Shown: positions 25,690 through 36,965, numbered from the whole stretch's first letter. The stretch: DNA of 63,931 bases, filler included, from Octopus bimaculoides (GCF_001194135.2; 5 parts of 5 records of this genome joined end to end with filler, not necessarily neighbours in it); one strand, 5' to 3'. Program-made: numbers and translations. The notes: a model not told the origin generated them from the letters alone.

Positions 25690-25840
25690 CCGTGTTTTTC
25701 TCCTTGTCTCCGTATTCTTTCTGTTGAAGAGCGTAGCTCGAAACGTCAAAGACTTTCCGTATTCCCGAGCGTCATACTAATATATCCTTTTGTTATTTAC
25801 ACCACCTGTCCTCGTCTGTTGTTATTATTTGTATATTCTC

Positions 25841-25845
<5 letters not shown>
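25690..25845 (+). mobile_element. Penelope-like element terminal repeat with minimal hammerhead-like motif
   Basis: TCTTT-CTGTTGA-A-GAGC-GTA-GCTC-GAAAC-GTC-AAAGA, then the same tail as 5745-5905. Confidence 0.75.
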
Positions 25846-25875
<30 letters not shown>

Positions 25876-26143
25876 NNNNNNNNNNTATATAATATATATG
25901 TATGTATAGATGTTAGGGAGAATTTCAGATAGGTTCAACAATTTAATTATATGTATATTCTGCTATAGATCAATGCATATCAGTCTTTAAAATATACCAA
26001 TGTATCGGTCTTTAAAATATTGAAAAATATTAAAAATTCAGTTCTATATTTAAGAGATGAGGAATTATGTACATTATTTACATTATTTACATTTGACGGA
26101 TATTTGTCCTCATATTTGTTTGTATTATGGAAGGATAGGAAAA

Positions 26144-26246
26144 TATTAGATTTATAATCTATTAGATCTATAATCTATTAGATTATTAGATAATCTATTA
26201 GATTTATAAGCTATTAGATTATTAGATAATCTATTAGATTTATAAG
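26144..26246. repeat. Minisatellite of 16/20-bp units (CTATTAGATTTATAAT / CTATTAGATTATTAGATAAT)
   Basis: About six units directly visible. Confidence 0.85.
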
Positions 26247-26271
26247 CCCTAAAATTCACTCTATAATTGCC

Positions 26272-26330
26272 CACGGGCATATGGCGTAGTGGTTAACAGC
26301 GCGGGCTACTAACCCCAAGATTCCGAGTTA
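26272..26330 (+). mobile_element. tRNA-derived SINE head fragment
   Basis: GGGCATATGGCGTAGTGGTTAACAGCGCGGGCTACTAACCCCAAGATTCCGAGTT (A box, truncated B box). Confidence 0.6.
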
Positions 26331-26926
26331 ATAATAATAATAACATCGAAAAATACCTTAGGAATGAGAACCCAGGTTCGAAATTTCCCCAAGGGTATAT
26401 CAGCTGAAACGTTGTGCTAACAACAAACAAGATAAGGACAAATATCCGTCAAATGTAAATAACGTATATTAAAAATTCATGAATACACAAATATATAAAA
26501 ATCGAATATACATATATATATGGAGAAGGGCTTCCATATCTGCACCCCTAAAAGGTATCGGGATACGTTAAATTGATTGGTACTTCCTATATTAAGTGCT
26601 CCAGGGAGCCAATTGTATATATAGTAAAGTTTCTTTGTTTATTGTATAGGCAGGAGTCAGAAGTGCTCAGATAAAAGACTAGGAACCAATACGCCAATGA
26701 AACCGGGAAACCTACCCCTATGAGCCAGGCATCGCTTGGGAAGGAACAAACAACAATATCTTATATATATATATATAGCCCAAGTGGTTTTATTTGTTTA
26801 TGTCCACGCGGATTCCTCTTATAGCCACTCTTTAACCCGCGGACTTAGTCTTCGGTTAACATTTCGGAGTGTAAGTTCAAACCATGTGAACGCTACAAAG
26901 AGTCTCTGGATTTCATCTGTTGACTA

Positions 26927-26977
26927 GACAGACAGACAGACAGACAGGCAGACAGACAGACAGACAGATAGACAGAC

Positions 26978-27050
<73 letters not shown>

Positions 27051-27052
27051 TA
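26927..27052. repeat. (GACA)n-(GATA)n microsatellite
   Basis: Directly visible. Confidence 0.95.
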
Positions 27053-27489
27053 TCTCACACATGCGCCTGTGTATTTCCTTCCACACCGACTGACAAGCAA
27101 TGTTGGTTTGTTTCCGCCACTGTAACTTCATGGTTGGGAAAAGGGACAGATATACTAATTATCATTTAACAATTTTATTAAAAAAAGGCATTGACGCCGC
27201 TTTGTTCGACTCACCCTGCTGTGTAACAATTAACAATAACTGTTAGAACATATAATAGAAACACATCCCATATTATGTAAATGCTCAATGTCGGACCACG
27301 CAATTAAAACCTTTTAGCTGTTTGTTGCAGTGTTTTACTGTAGATGCAGCGCTCTTGTACGTCATATGCTTTTTTCATATATTCCTTGGACTTAGGTTGG
27401 TTATTCGGTTTCCATGGCATCGAGATCCCGTCGCCCTTCAGAATACGATGCTGATCTGTTGCAGGGTCCAAGGACAGTTATTTTGAGGG

Positions 27490-27670
27490 AAGCAGGAACA
27501 AGTCAAAGTTGATTACATCGACCCCAGCCTTTCACTGATACTTTGCTTTGTCCACTCCGTAAAGACAAAGTTGATTTCGGCAGGACTTGAACTCAGAATA
27601 TAAAGAGCCGGAAAAAACGTCAGTAAGCATTTTTTCCGTCGCACTGACGATTCTTCCAGCTCGCTGCCAT
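27490..27670 (-). mobile_element. SINE family A copy
   Basis: CAAAGTTGATTTCGGCAGGACTTGAACTCAGAA..TTCCAGCTCGCTGCC on the plus strand. Confidence 0.75.
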
Positions 27671-27922
27671 ATGATCACTTAATCTCACTAATTATGAATT
27701 GTTACCACAGCTCCGCACTAAAAGGGAACAGTACCTACGCGTCTACGATATCTATTTACAACTAGTTTAACATACTGTTAGCTGAAAGAATCGCGTGGGT
27801 TTATTATTAAAAGCTATTCCAACACAGAATCATAGGAAACTGCTTCCTACAGCGATAACATATGCTGTTATCTATTCCCAGCTCGTCCAGCTGGATCTTT
27901 GGTGGTACTGGTGTGTGTTTGC

Positions 27923-27986
<64 letters not shown>

Positions 27987-28010
27987 GTGTGTGTGTGTGT
28001 GTGTGTGTGT
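27923..28010. repeat. (GA)n-(GT)n microsatellite
   Basis: Directly visible. Confidence 0.95.
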
Positions 28011-29379
28011 TTGATTCCGGACTACGTTGCTCGGTTCCACGATTGGGAAACCGGTTCTGAATAACCTGAGCCACCTGCTAGCCTTATGATATCTGGAATA
28101 AAACAGATAATAGTGTGACCGTATAGGTATGGCAATTATATAGCCATGTCTTATCTCTCTTTCTGGAAGATATTGTATTTTTAGTTATCTTTTTATTATG
28201 AAGCATATTAAAACTATCTCTTCATCTTATTATTAATTTATTGTCATCGGTGAGTTTATCTCTATATTCAAACATAATTATAGGTTGAGTATTAAAGATA
28301 TATGTTCTGTAATATCCAATTTATATTTGCTTCTGTAGAACATTCAATGTATTCTTAATACTTTAATTACTTTTCGTTGTGTTTTCTTTTTTCCCCCCAT
28401 TTCAAAAGTTTACATTACAGTCTTATTATTTATTCATATACCATTCCACACGATAATTGATTTTCTATAAGCATTGAACGAAAACCATTTTATCTTGATT
28501 CTAGCAATCTAGTTTAATATTCAACAACTTTTCAAACAAATAGCAAGAGAAATCAATGGTAAAAGCAAATGGCATATATTAGTCGCTTAATATATTCCGT
28601 TCAAATTGATTCATCGCTAAGACCCGGCTGCGAAAATATTTTTAAGGTTGGCGCCATTATGTTTGCATCTCCTATTCCTCTATTGTTTTCATTAAAATAC
28701 ATTTGCTGGCACGATATAACTATCATTTTAGTTTAGGTTCAATATTTATTTTGAATCAATAAATATTGCAGCTGGTGTTTAATTATTCCCAGATACTCAT
28801 GCACATCTTTAAAAAAATAAATTCATTAAGCCATAATCATTGTAAATATTATCATGTCTTCAAATGAATACTAAATGATGTGACCTTCGGGAGATACAGG
28901 TTAAAGCAGGTGAATGTTACGTAATTCACACGTGTGTCAGTAACGACAGGAATAATTTAACATTAATCTTCAACCAGTTAAGTTGTTAATAACCATTGGA
29001 TAACTTTGCTACTATTGTGAAGATTAATTAAAATGCATTCATGCTGATAATTCTGAGTCATTAGCCACGAGTCAAATTTATCGTTAATGAAAACATTCCT
29101 GTATTTTTCTGTAAAACATCTTATAGTTTCAGACGTTCTGTGGGTCGGGGCTTTGCATTAAAGTACACTTTGCATATAAACAACAGTATATTGTATTCTC
29201 TAGTTATATCTAACCGCACAAAATATCGGTTGTAAGTCGGATCCAACGCGTAACTACATTCGTTCTTAACTTCTGAGTTCAAATCCTGCCGAGACCCACC
29301 TTGCCTTTTTTCCCTTTTCGACTAGATAAAGCACCAGTAATTCTCACTATCTCTTTTCCCTCACAATGTATATATTTAT

Positions 29380-29433
<54 letters not shown>

Positions 29434-29457
29434 GTGCGTGCGTGTGTGTGTGTAAAG

Positions 29458-29996
29458 GCATAGGCGTGGCTGTGTGGTAAGAAGCTTGCTTCGTAACAAC
29501 ATGGATCCGGACTCAGTTCCACTGCGTGGCAACTTAGACATGTGTCTTCTACTATTGCCTCGAGCCGATCAAAGTCTTGTGAGTGGAGTTGGTAGACGAA
29601 AACTGAAAGAAGCCCGTCGTTTATATATATATATATATATATATACGCATTTGTTTTATAGGCGATATATTTTTATATTCTTTTTTCGACGGTACTCTTT
29701 TATTCTTTTACTTGTTTCAGTCATTTGACTGCAGCCATGCAGAACTCATTCTTTGTAAGCCTAGGACTTATTCCATCGGTCACTTTTTGCCGAGTCACTA
29801 AGCTACAGGGACGTAAACACACCAACATCTGTCGTATATATATACATATATACGACAGGCTTCTTTCAGTTTCAGTCTACCAAATCAACTCGCAAGGCTT
29901 TGGTCGGGACGAGGCTATAGAAGAAGACATTTGTCTAAGGTGCCACGCAATGGAACTGAACCTGGAACCATGTGGTTGGGAAGCAAGCTTCTTACC
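29458..29996. mobile_element. Two SINE family B copies, tail-to-tail (plus about 29458-29640, minus about 29700-29996)
   Basis: Head GGCGTGGCTGTGTGGTAAGAAGCTTGCTTC, and its reverse complement GAAGCAAGCTTCTTACC at the piece end. Confidence 0.88.
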
Positions 29997-30096
29997 NNNN
30001 NNNNNNNNNNNNNNNNNNNNNNNNNNNNNNNNNNNNNNNNTTAATTAATTAANNNNNNNNNNNNNNNNNNNNNNNNNNNNNNNNNNNNNNNNNNNN
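29997..30096. other. Artificial contig-joining spacer
   Basis: 44 N + TTAATTAATTAA (30041-30052; stops in all six frames) + 44 N. Confidence 0.95.
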
Positions 30097-30121
30097 AAAA
30101 AAAAAAAAAAAAAAAAAAAAC

Positions 30122-31353
30122 ATGGCAAAAGAGACAAACAATACTGTGTTGGAGTGGGAGATTGTCCCACCCAAACAGTGGATGAAAGACTTTGAAGAGA
30201 GGACAATGGTGTTAAGGATTTACTCAAAGTCGCTCAACACCATCGCCCTCTTTCAAAAGACTCAAATTAAAAAAGAGTTGGCAGAGTATTTGCCAACTAT
30301 TGAATTCATCTCCAGGGGAGATCAAATATGCAACGGTGTGGTTGCTATTTGACACTCCTGAGGAGGTTCGCAAATTTGCAAGCCAGCCCTTAGAAGGCAA
30401 AGAGATTTTGTTTCTTACCACGTATTGTGGGAAGAAGCTGAAAGAGCTTGGGTCTGCAGGTTGCCACCCGAGATAGAACCCAAGTGGATAGAGGACACTA
30501 TCCGCTGGGGTCTGGGTGGCAGCAGATCCAAGCTGCTTAATGTTAAAATTTTGCTGGCAGCTGATTGGGTTGGGTCAAAAGCTGTTTTGACTCTGTGGAC
30601 CCAATCAGCCAAGAATCTGGTTTTACCAGATTTTTTGAAAATGGCCGGTTGCAGATACCTGGTGATACTTGAAGGATGCCCCCCAAGCGTCACCTATACC
30701 TGGAACCGGGCCACATTAAAAAGAACTGTCCCCAGGACCATAGTAGAGTCCTGGAGCAGTTGGTTGTGGAAGAGCCCCCACCNNNNNNNNNNNNNNNNNN
30801 NNNNNNNNNNNNNNNNNNNNNNNNNNNNNNNNNNTGGAGGTAGAGACCTCTCCGAAAAAAGGGGGGAAAAAAGGTAGAAGGTGGGAAACAATGGTTGCTC
30901 ACCGAAGGATCCTAAAGCTGCGGGAGGGAAGGATGATCTTCCGGTTAAAGCAGAGAAACCACCCCCTCCTGTATCAAAGGCAAGAAAAATAATGGGACAG
31001 CGCCGGTAGGTAGCAGTACACTGCCGGCATGTCCCGAAACCTCATCGGTAGGAATTGTGCCACCAACAGAGGAAACTGTGGCCCCTCCCAGTATAATAAA
31101 TGAGGAATTTGTGATCTTTCTTAAGGGAGGGGCCATAGAGAACTTTGTGAGAAGTCTGGAAGGTCGGGAACAGGTGGTCCTGACCTGCATTGAAAGCCTG
31201 GATTGGCCTCCGCAGGTAGCTGCGGAGGTCATGGAGGAAAATTATTTCTACAGGGTGATGGATTCTTTTACTAAGGAAGAATATAATTATCTCTTATGGG
31301 ACCCCGGCTTGCGACTGCAGGCGGCAAGAGACTTAATTGGGGAGGCAGAGTAA
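30122..31353 (+). mobile_element. Decayed gag-like ORF1 of a non-LTR retrotransposon (Tx1/L1-like); no ORF2 follows
   Basis: GC-rich frameshifted ORFs (RLPPEIEPKWI, LVILEG). An alternative frame near 30678-30732 reads RHLYLEPGHIKKNCP, a degenerate C-x2-C-x4-H-x4-C knuckle. Confidence 0.6.
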
Positions 31354-31500
31354 GAGGTCTTAGCACTTCAATTCGAACTTGGAGATTGGTAAGAGGCTTA
31401 GTGCCTCAAGTTGAACATATTTGCTGAACTTTTTTTTGATTGGTAAGAGGCTCAACGCCTCAATTTGTAATTATTGTAAGAGGTTCAATACCTCATTTGT
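31351..31500 (+). repeat. Four GTAAGAGGY-N5/6-RCYTCA stem-loop units directly after the ORF1 stop
   Basis: Stems GAGGT/ACTTC, GAGGC/GCCTC, GAGGC/GCCTC and GAGGT/ACCTC at 31354, 31393, 31447 and 31480. Confidence 0.85.
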
Positions 31501-31584
31501 GTTTTCGGCGGGTGTTGGCTGCTTCCCCCACCAACCATCTCTTTATCATTCCATCATCATCATTGTGTCTGTGTCCAGCCCGCA

Positions 31585-31765
31585 GAAATGCTTAGCAGTA
31601 TTTCGTCTGTCTTTATGTTCTGAGATCAAATTTCAGCGAGGTCGACTTTACCTTTCATCCTTTCGGGATCGAAAAATTAAGTACCAGTTGCATACTGAGG
31701 CCGATCTAATCGACTACCCCCTCCCCAAAAATTTTGAGCCTTGTGCCTAGAGTAGAAAAGAATAT
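31585..31765 (+). mobile_element. SINE family A copy
   Basis: GAAATGCTTAGC..GTCGACTTTACCTTTCATCCTTTCGGGATCGAAAAATTAAGTACCAG. Confidence 0.85.
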
Positions 31766-32129
31766 TAGTTGTTGGCTGAAGTATTTTCCCTATGTGAAAT
31801 ATTTCCATTACTTCACATAAAAGAAGGCCACCACTTTCAGTCAACAAAGGGCACTATAAGGCTTATTTGACCTGCTAGAAATAGCAACAAAAAACTTCCA
31901 TCAAATCATACCTTATCTTAAGAAATGGAATATACAATGGTTAATATAATTCCTAAATATATTTCTGAAAATAAGATTGGGTGATTGCAGCAAGAATGTT
32001 CGTTTTTTTTTTGGTTTTTTTATATATAGGTCTTCTGGATTAGAGTTGATCCAAGAATTAAGTGACTCTTCATATTTCACTCCTTCAGCAGAGTTCGCAC
32101 TAGTTACCAATATTCACACAAGACCCTCT

Positions 32130-32215
32130 CCAGTTCTCATTTTACCAACGTCTTTCCCTTCATATATCCAAACTGGACACCAACTGTATCAATCTCACCC
32201 GTCTTAGAGAGATTA
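32130..32215 (-). mobile_element. Small RTE RT relic
   Basis: GEIDTVGVQFGYMKGK (cf. EIDEMQFGFMPGK). Confidence 0.35.
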
Positions 32216-32869
32216 CAATAGTTATGGGCATGTTCCTTCTTCTCTGACATCATATATATTGCACATACACCCAAAATACAGCATTAGTTTTATCAGGGGG
32301 GGGGGGGGTTAAGACCAAATGATTAGGTCTGATATTTCAGAAAGTCATACAAGATACCTTTCTTAAGTGATCTCCAATACCGTTTGACTCCAGCATCAAG
32401 ATACTTCACACTTACAATCAGGATAAAAGCTATCTATGTTCACAGCATTTAGAATTATACTTGGTTAGATTAACATTCAATGAAGAGAGGGAAGGGTCTT
32501 CCTGTTTCACTTTTTAGGAGATAGGTTTTAAGTAAGATTATAGGTGTATCAGAAAGCAAACTGGAAAAAGTATGCGATGAAGAAGAAAAAAAAAATGACA
32601 AAATACGAATCAACACTCTCCCGCAAAATCTGAGGCTTTAGTGCCGGTGTTAGATTATTATGAGGCTTTCTATACATTCGGGAAACAATAGTGGACATGT
32701 TTTGGTTATATTAGACCTCCTTAGCGAAACACAGGCTATACTGTACTGTATTTCAGTAAATTCAATCAGGTAAATCGTCTTAAATTATAACAACGGTCCC
32801 ACGACGAAGAAATAATTTAAATACACTTCTGGCATAATTTACTGAAAAAAACTGTAATCATTGAAGTTA

Positions 32870-33150
32870 ATACTTCAGATGTAAGGTGTATTGTTTGAAA
32901 AGTATTGTTTCTAAACAGATCTGTAAAACCACGTACCGAAATTTTTGTGAGTATAACAGTTCGGCCTTAGAAAAAGATTTTAGAAATCGATTATACACAT
33001 ACGCTGTCATGGTAACAAGATTCTTTCATAAAATTATTTCTAGTAGTTACTTTTTCAGTCATTCATACTTAAAAAAAAACTTAACTAGTGCAATTTTTGT
33101 GGAGTAAGATGTCCCAAACATTCAAAGTGTGACCATGGAAAAAAAAAGCT
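32870..33150 (+). mobile_element. Penelope-like (Neptune-type) GIY-YIG endonuclease relic in ASF1 intron 1
   Basis: CLKSIVSK...YNSSALEKDFRNRLY and a downstream CNFC resemble CLxxxIVY...YIGSTExxFKxRYxNH...CNLC. Confidence 0.45.
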
Positions 33151-33854
33151 AAGAAACTGGACACACTTTAAATAACTTGGTCGACACAACTAACTCAGAA
33201 ACCCTCACCAACATTTTTTTTTTTTCTTTTGCAGAGACTTAGTATAAAAAGTCAAATGAAATAACTTTCTGTACCTTTTAAGAGTTTCTCGTTAAAAAAA
33301 GCATTATTAGAAAGAATCACTACAAACCAGATATAAAGTGTGCGACGTTATATATATATATATATACATATATGAGAACTCCGGGTACACTCAATACAAT
33401 GCAATAAGCTAAGAAAAATTTCCTTCCCACAGAAGTTAAATAGGCTTATGATTTGAAAACTATTTAAAAGCTATATTCAATTTAAATACATATAGTTACT
33501 CCTAATTTTAAAATACTAATGAAGTTTACAAGTATCTTCTCGGAAGAAATATAACAATTTCGGACTGAAAGAAAGAAGTTTCATTACATACCAAGTTATA
33601 TTTAATCAGTTGAGAACATCAAACATTTAAAGACGGATATTAAATAGAATACAGAATAGACAGTCGAGGAAAAAAAAATCAAACTTTAAGTATCTTTAAA
33701 AACAACAACTGTTATTCCTTTCCTTGCTTCTTTCGCTTTAAAAAAATCGATTTCAGGTAAAGTGGAACTCAATACAAATAGGGTGAACATCGATAATTTC
33801 GCTGAACAAAGGAATTTGTAAAGGATGAAGAAGAAATAGTAATTCCATTCTCAC

Positions 33855-33963
33855 CTTCTGGCAAGTCTTCCAAACACTCAAACGTGATTTCGAATTGGAA
33901 CGGATTCAAAAAAGGTGAAGGATTATCTAGGACGACCACATTGCTAATGTTAACTTTGGCCAT
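33855..33963 (-). CDS. ASF1: Histone chaperone ASF1, first coding exon (109 nt); later exons not found in this piece
   Basis: Translates MAKVNISNVVVLDNPSPFLNPFQFEITFECLEDLPE, near-identical to the ASF1 N-terminus. Ends GAAG|GTGAG (phase 1); as I recall, the 109-nt length matches vertebrate ASF1A coding exon 1. Confidence 0.97.
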
Positions 33964-35330
33964 GATGAATTTGTGGTGAGACTGGAGCAATTAGAAACCT
34001 CGCCGACACAATGGTGGTGAGAAAGAAAGGAAGAAAAAAAAGGCAACAATATTCGATAGACTATATTTACATAAAGACTTGGTGGAGAGGAAAATAACTC
34101 ATCAACTCCGTAAAATAGGGGGGAATGCGCCGCTTTGAAGAAAATGGCGCGAAAAGATGATCCAAAGCTTCTCCCCCTCCTCCTCTTCTCACTAGAAGAA
34201 GGAAAAAACAAGAGGAAAAGCAAAACATCCTAAGTGATATGTATATATATATAAACTGTTGTTTCATTGGTTGATAGTGCTAGAAGTGAAACTAAAATTC
34301 ATTCTGATTGGATGGTAGTTTTGCCACTGTGTTAAGAAGAAATATATAAATTTTACTTATAATTGTTTCAAATTTGGCACAAGACCAGTAATTTTCGAGG
34401 GAGAGGGCTTGCCGATTATATCGATCCCAGTACTTGACTGGGACTTTATTTTGTCAACAGAGAAAAGATAAGAGATACAGTTGACTTCGACGGTACATCA
34501 ACTCAGAATGTAATGAGCCGGGAGAAATGTTACTAAGTATTTCGTCCGATGTGTTTAATAGTTTTTAAACATATGCAAAGTGATAAAAAAAAAAAAATTT
34601 GGTGGGAGGTGTACGAGTGCTTATTGACTCTATACTTTACTAGTCCTTATTTTATCGAGCCAAGAAAAATGAAAGATAAAGTCATCTTCGGTGAGGTTTG
34701 AACTGAGAATGGAAAGGGACATAATTTAAATACCGCAAGGCATTTTTGATAATAATAATAATAATTCATGAAATAGCAAAAAACCTGTTTGTTTTTTTTT
34801 TATGTGTGTGTAGTGGAAGAGGGTTGATATTGTGTGTGTGTGTATTATTGACGTCAGAGAACGCCTGTCTGATGACAGATGTGGGTTCGAGTCCCAAGTG
34901 GAACCTTCGACTTTTTCTATCCAAAATGTTTTTTTAACCCAATATTTACACGTTACTTTTTATAGTTTATCAGCTTCAAATATCCAACGTTCCAAGCAAG
35001 AATTATATGTATATCGGTTGATCCAGATGACTGGAGTTTCTCCGGCGTCTGGTCGGTTCATCAGACAGACTAAATTGGATCAGTTACATAAGGACATTGA
35101 CACACGCGCGCGCACACATCTACATATGTATGTTGGTAGTGCGTGTATGTGTTACGATACCATGTCAATTTCCGCTATGTCAGCACCATTGGAAATTGAC
35201 AAGTTACTATGTATCAACTTCCGCTTCGTCGTCATCACAGGAAGTTGATATAGTAGACTTGGTTGTTGTTGCTTTTTAAATACATTCTCTTTTCCTTCGC
35301 TAACGTTTGGAAATCGTTCCGACTAACTTC
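33964..35330. promoter_or_regulatory. Putative divergent promoter / 5' UTR region of ASF1 and the VMAC-like gene
   Basis: CpG-retaining interval upstream of the ASF1 ATG. Contains YY1-like AAAATGGCG (34141), CRE TGACGTCA (34849-34856) and ETS-like ACTTCCG / CAGGAAGT cores (35217-35245). TSS positions are inferred, not observed. Confidence 0.55.
34370..34745 (-). mobile_element. Two decayed SINE family A copies between the ASF1 5' region and the palindrome pair
   Basis: GCACAAGACC..CGATCCCAGTACTTGACTG..AACTCAGAATGTAA and TTTTATCGA..GAAAGATAAAGTC..TTTGAACTGAGAA. Confidence 0.7.
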
Positions 35331-36339
35331 ATTGCATCTATAAACGAATTTTGCCCCCCAAAACAACCAGATCCATTGTAAAGGTGTTGCTATCACTATA
35401 ATGATATTCCTTTGCTTGTGCCGTCTCTTGAACATAAATTGAAGTTCGTTGCTGGATTTAAAAGTGAAAGCAAACCATTCTACAAACCGCATCAGTTTCA
35501 GATCTCTTTCAGGTTGGTTCTCCATGCTTCCTTTCGAAATATCTTTATATTCTTCTGTAATTGAAGTTGGGGTTGCCTCCCAATTTTTTCTTTCATAGTT
35601 CTCTTTCTGTGGATTTTTTCAGAGTAAAATTACCGTTTTCAGTACTAACAAAATGGTTTTCCAAACAAGAACACCTGAGGTCATAACACCTGTTAGAAAT
35701 AACAGTCAAATCACCCTCAAACGACTCCCTACGGTCTTTAAAAATAAAAATAGCCCGTTGTATAATGAACCCATACTGTCTTAAATTAATACACCGATGG
35801 GCATGATTAGGAGATATTGTGTTGCTCGCTTCCACCCAACGAGAACAGAGCTGCCCTTGGACTAAACTAGAGGTATATTCTGTATTATATATTTGTTATA
35901 GATAGCATAAGCCAATGAATGGGTCCCTACGCAATTATATGATCTTACTACTAGATATAACAGCCAAATCACCCTCAGGTCTTTAAAAGGAAGAGCTTTT
36001 TCAATAATGTGGATTGTCACGGTGGGAAACGTTTGATCATATATCTGCTGGATCAGAGCTGACCCGGAACCAAACAACACTAGCAACAACAAAATAGACT
36101 ATTATAAATTAGAATTCAACCCAGAAAAGCTTTATTTTGAAGGTGTTACCAGTGAACTATATTCTTGCCTTTTATATCATATTTACATAATTATTGCTGT
36201 CGAGAATTTCCTTTGCAACTTCTGTTCATTATGCTGCTTCGTTTTTCTTTTGATATGTTTTATCGCTTTAAAATTTAAATAAATCCTCAAAAAGAAATAC
36301 GCTTCATTATTAATTCTATGAGTACTAAGCTATGAATTT

Positions 36340-36480
36340 TGCTGGGAGTGTGTGAACCCCTTCCAGTACTTGATTGGTACTTTATCTCCCGCTCCTAGGA
36401 ATATGAAAACTAAAGTCGATACCGTTGGGATTTGAACTCAGACTGTAGGGACTAAAAATATACTGCAAGTTAGATTTATC
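36340..36480 (-). mobile_element. SINE family A copy (decayed)
   Basis: CCAGTACTTGATTGGTACTT..AAAGTCGA..GATTTGAACTCAGA. Confidence 0.65.
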
Positions 36481-36922
36481 AATCGCTGTGTCGATTCTAT
36501 CAACCGGCCGTCACTAAAATGGCCCCAGCTCGGTAGAAATAACTCTAAAACACCCCCACTCGCTTTCTCTGTTTTCATTTTTCTGACCCGGGTTCTCACT
36601 TGTTCGGTCACTTTGTTTACAGTGACCGAACAACAAGTGAGAACCGTGTAGTGTCAAATGCTTAGGTGTACAGCAACATTTTTTGTCTTTCAATGTGCTT
36701 GGGATATTCAAAATCCAACAAGAAAGAAAAGAAGCTTCCAAATTTCTCCCAAAGATAAGTAAACACGGTGGAATTGTGGATAACCCAGAGACATGTCTGA
36801 GGGATGGAGAAGCTTACTTCCCAAACATACTGAGTTCGACCCCGCTATGCCATAGCTTTTTTGATTTACAGATTTTTTTCGTCATTTGTCTAAGAGGAAC
36901 TTCCCGGTAGTCTGTTACGTGC

Positions 36923-36960
<38 letters not shown>

Positions 36961-36965
36961 ACACT

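Larger units (their letters stand above)
26035..26468. mobile_element. Penelope-like terminal sequences in inverted orientation enclosing a minisatellite and a tRNA-like SINE head
   Basis: TACATTATTTACATTTGACGGATATTTGTCCTCATATTTGTTTG (about 26078-26121) versus CAAACAAGATAAGGACAAATATCCGTCAAATGTAAATAACGTA (about 26424-26466); residual CAGCTGAAACGTT. Confidence 0.65.

Noticed and set aside
26755-26840. TCTTATATATATATAG..TTTGTTTATGTCCACGCGG..CCGCGGAC, resembling a Helitron 5' end
   Set aside because: No matching hairpin plus CTAG 3' end found downstream.
31351-31500. Repeat-spacer look of the four hairpin units (also 26144-26246 and 51860-51935) as a possible CRISPR array
   Set aside because: Eukaryotic context, irregular spacing, divergent repeats and no cas genes.
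32040-32110. Minus-strand SAEGVKYEESLNS, faintly like ASF1 exon 2 (SAESEEYDQVLDS)
   Set aside because: Flanking residues and splice sites do not fit, and ASF1 is too conserved for so weak a match; the segment adjoins an RTE relic.
34144-34233. Short plus-strand ORF MARKDDPKLLPLLLFSLEEGKNKRKSKTS
   Set aside because: Its ATG is part of the YY1-like motif and the sequence is the antisense of the pyrimidine-rich ASF1 5' region; no coding evidence.
34849-34916. tRNA-like 3' half: CTGTC/GACAG arm, perfect T-arm TGGG-TTCGAGT-CCCA and a T5 run
   Set aside because: No acceptor-stem partner, D arm or anticodon arm upstream. Best explained as a decayed tRNA-derived SINE head interrupted by a GT repeat, not a tRNA or vault RNA gene.
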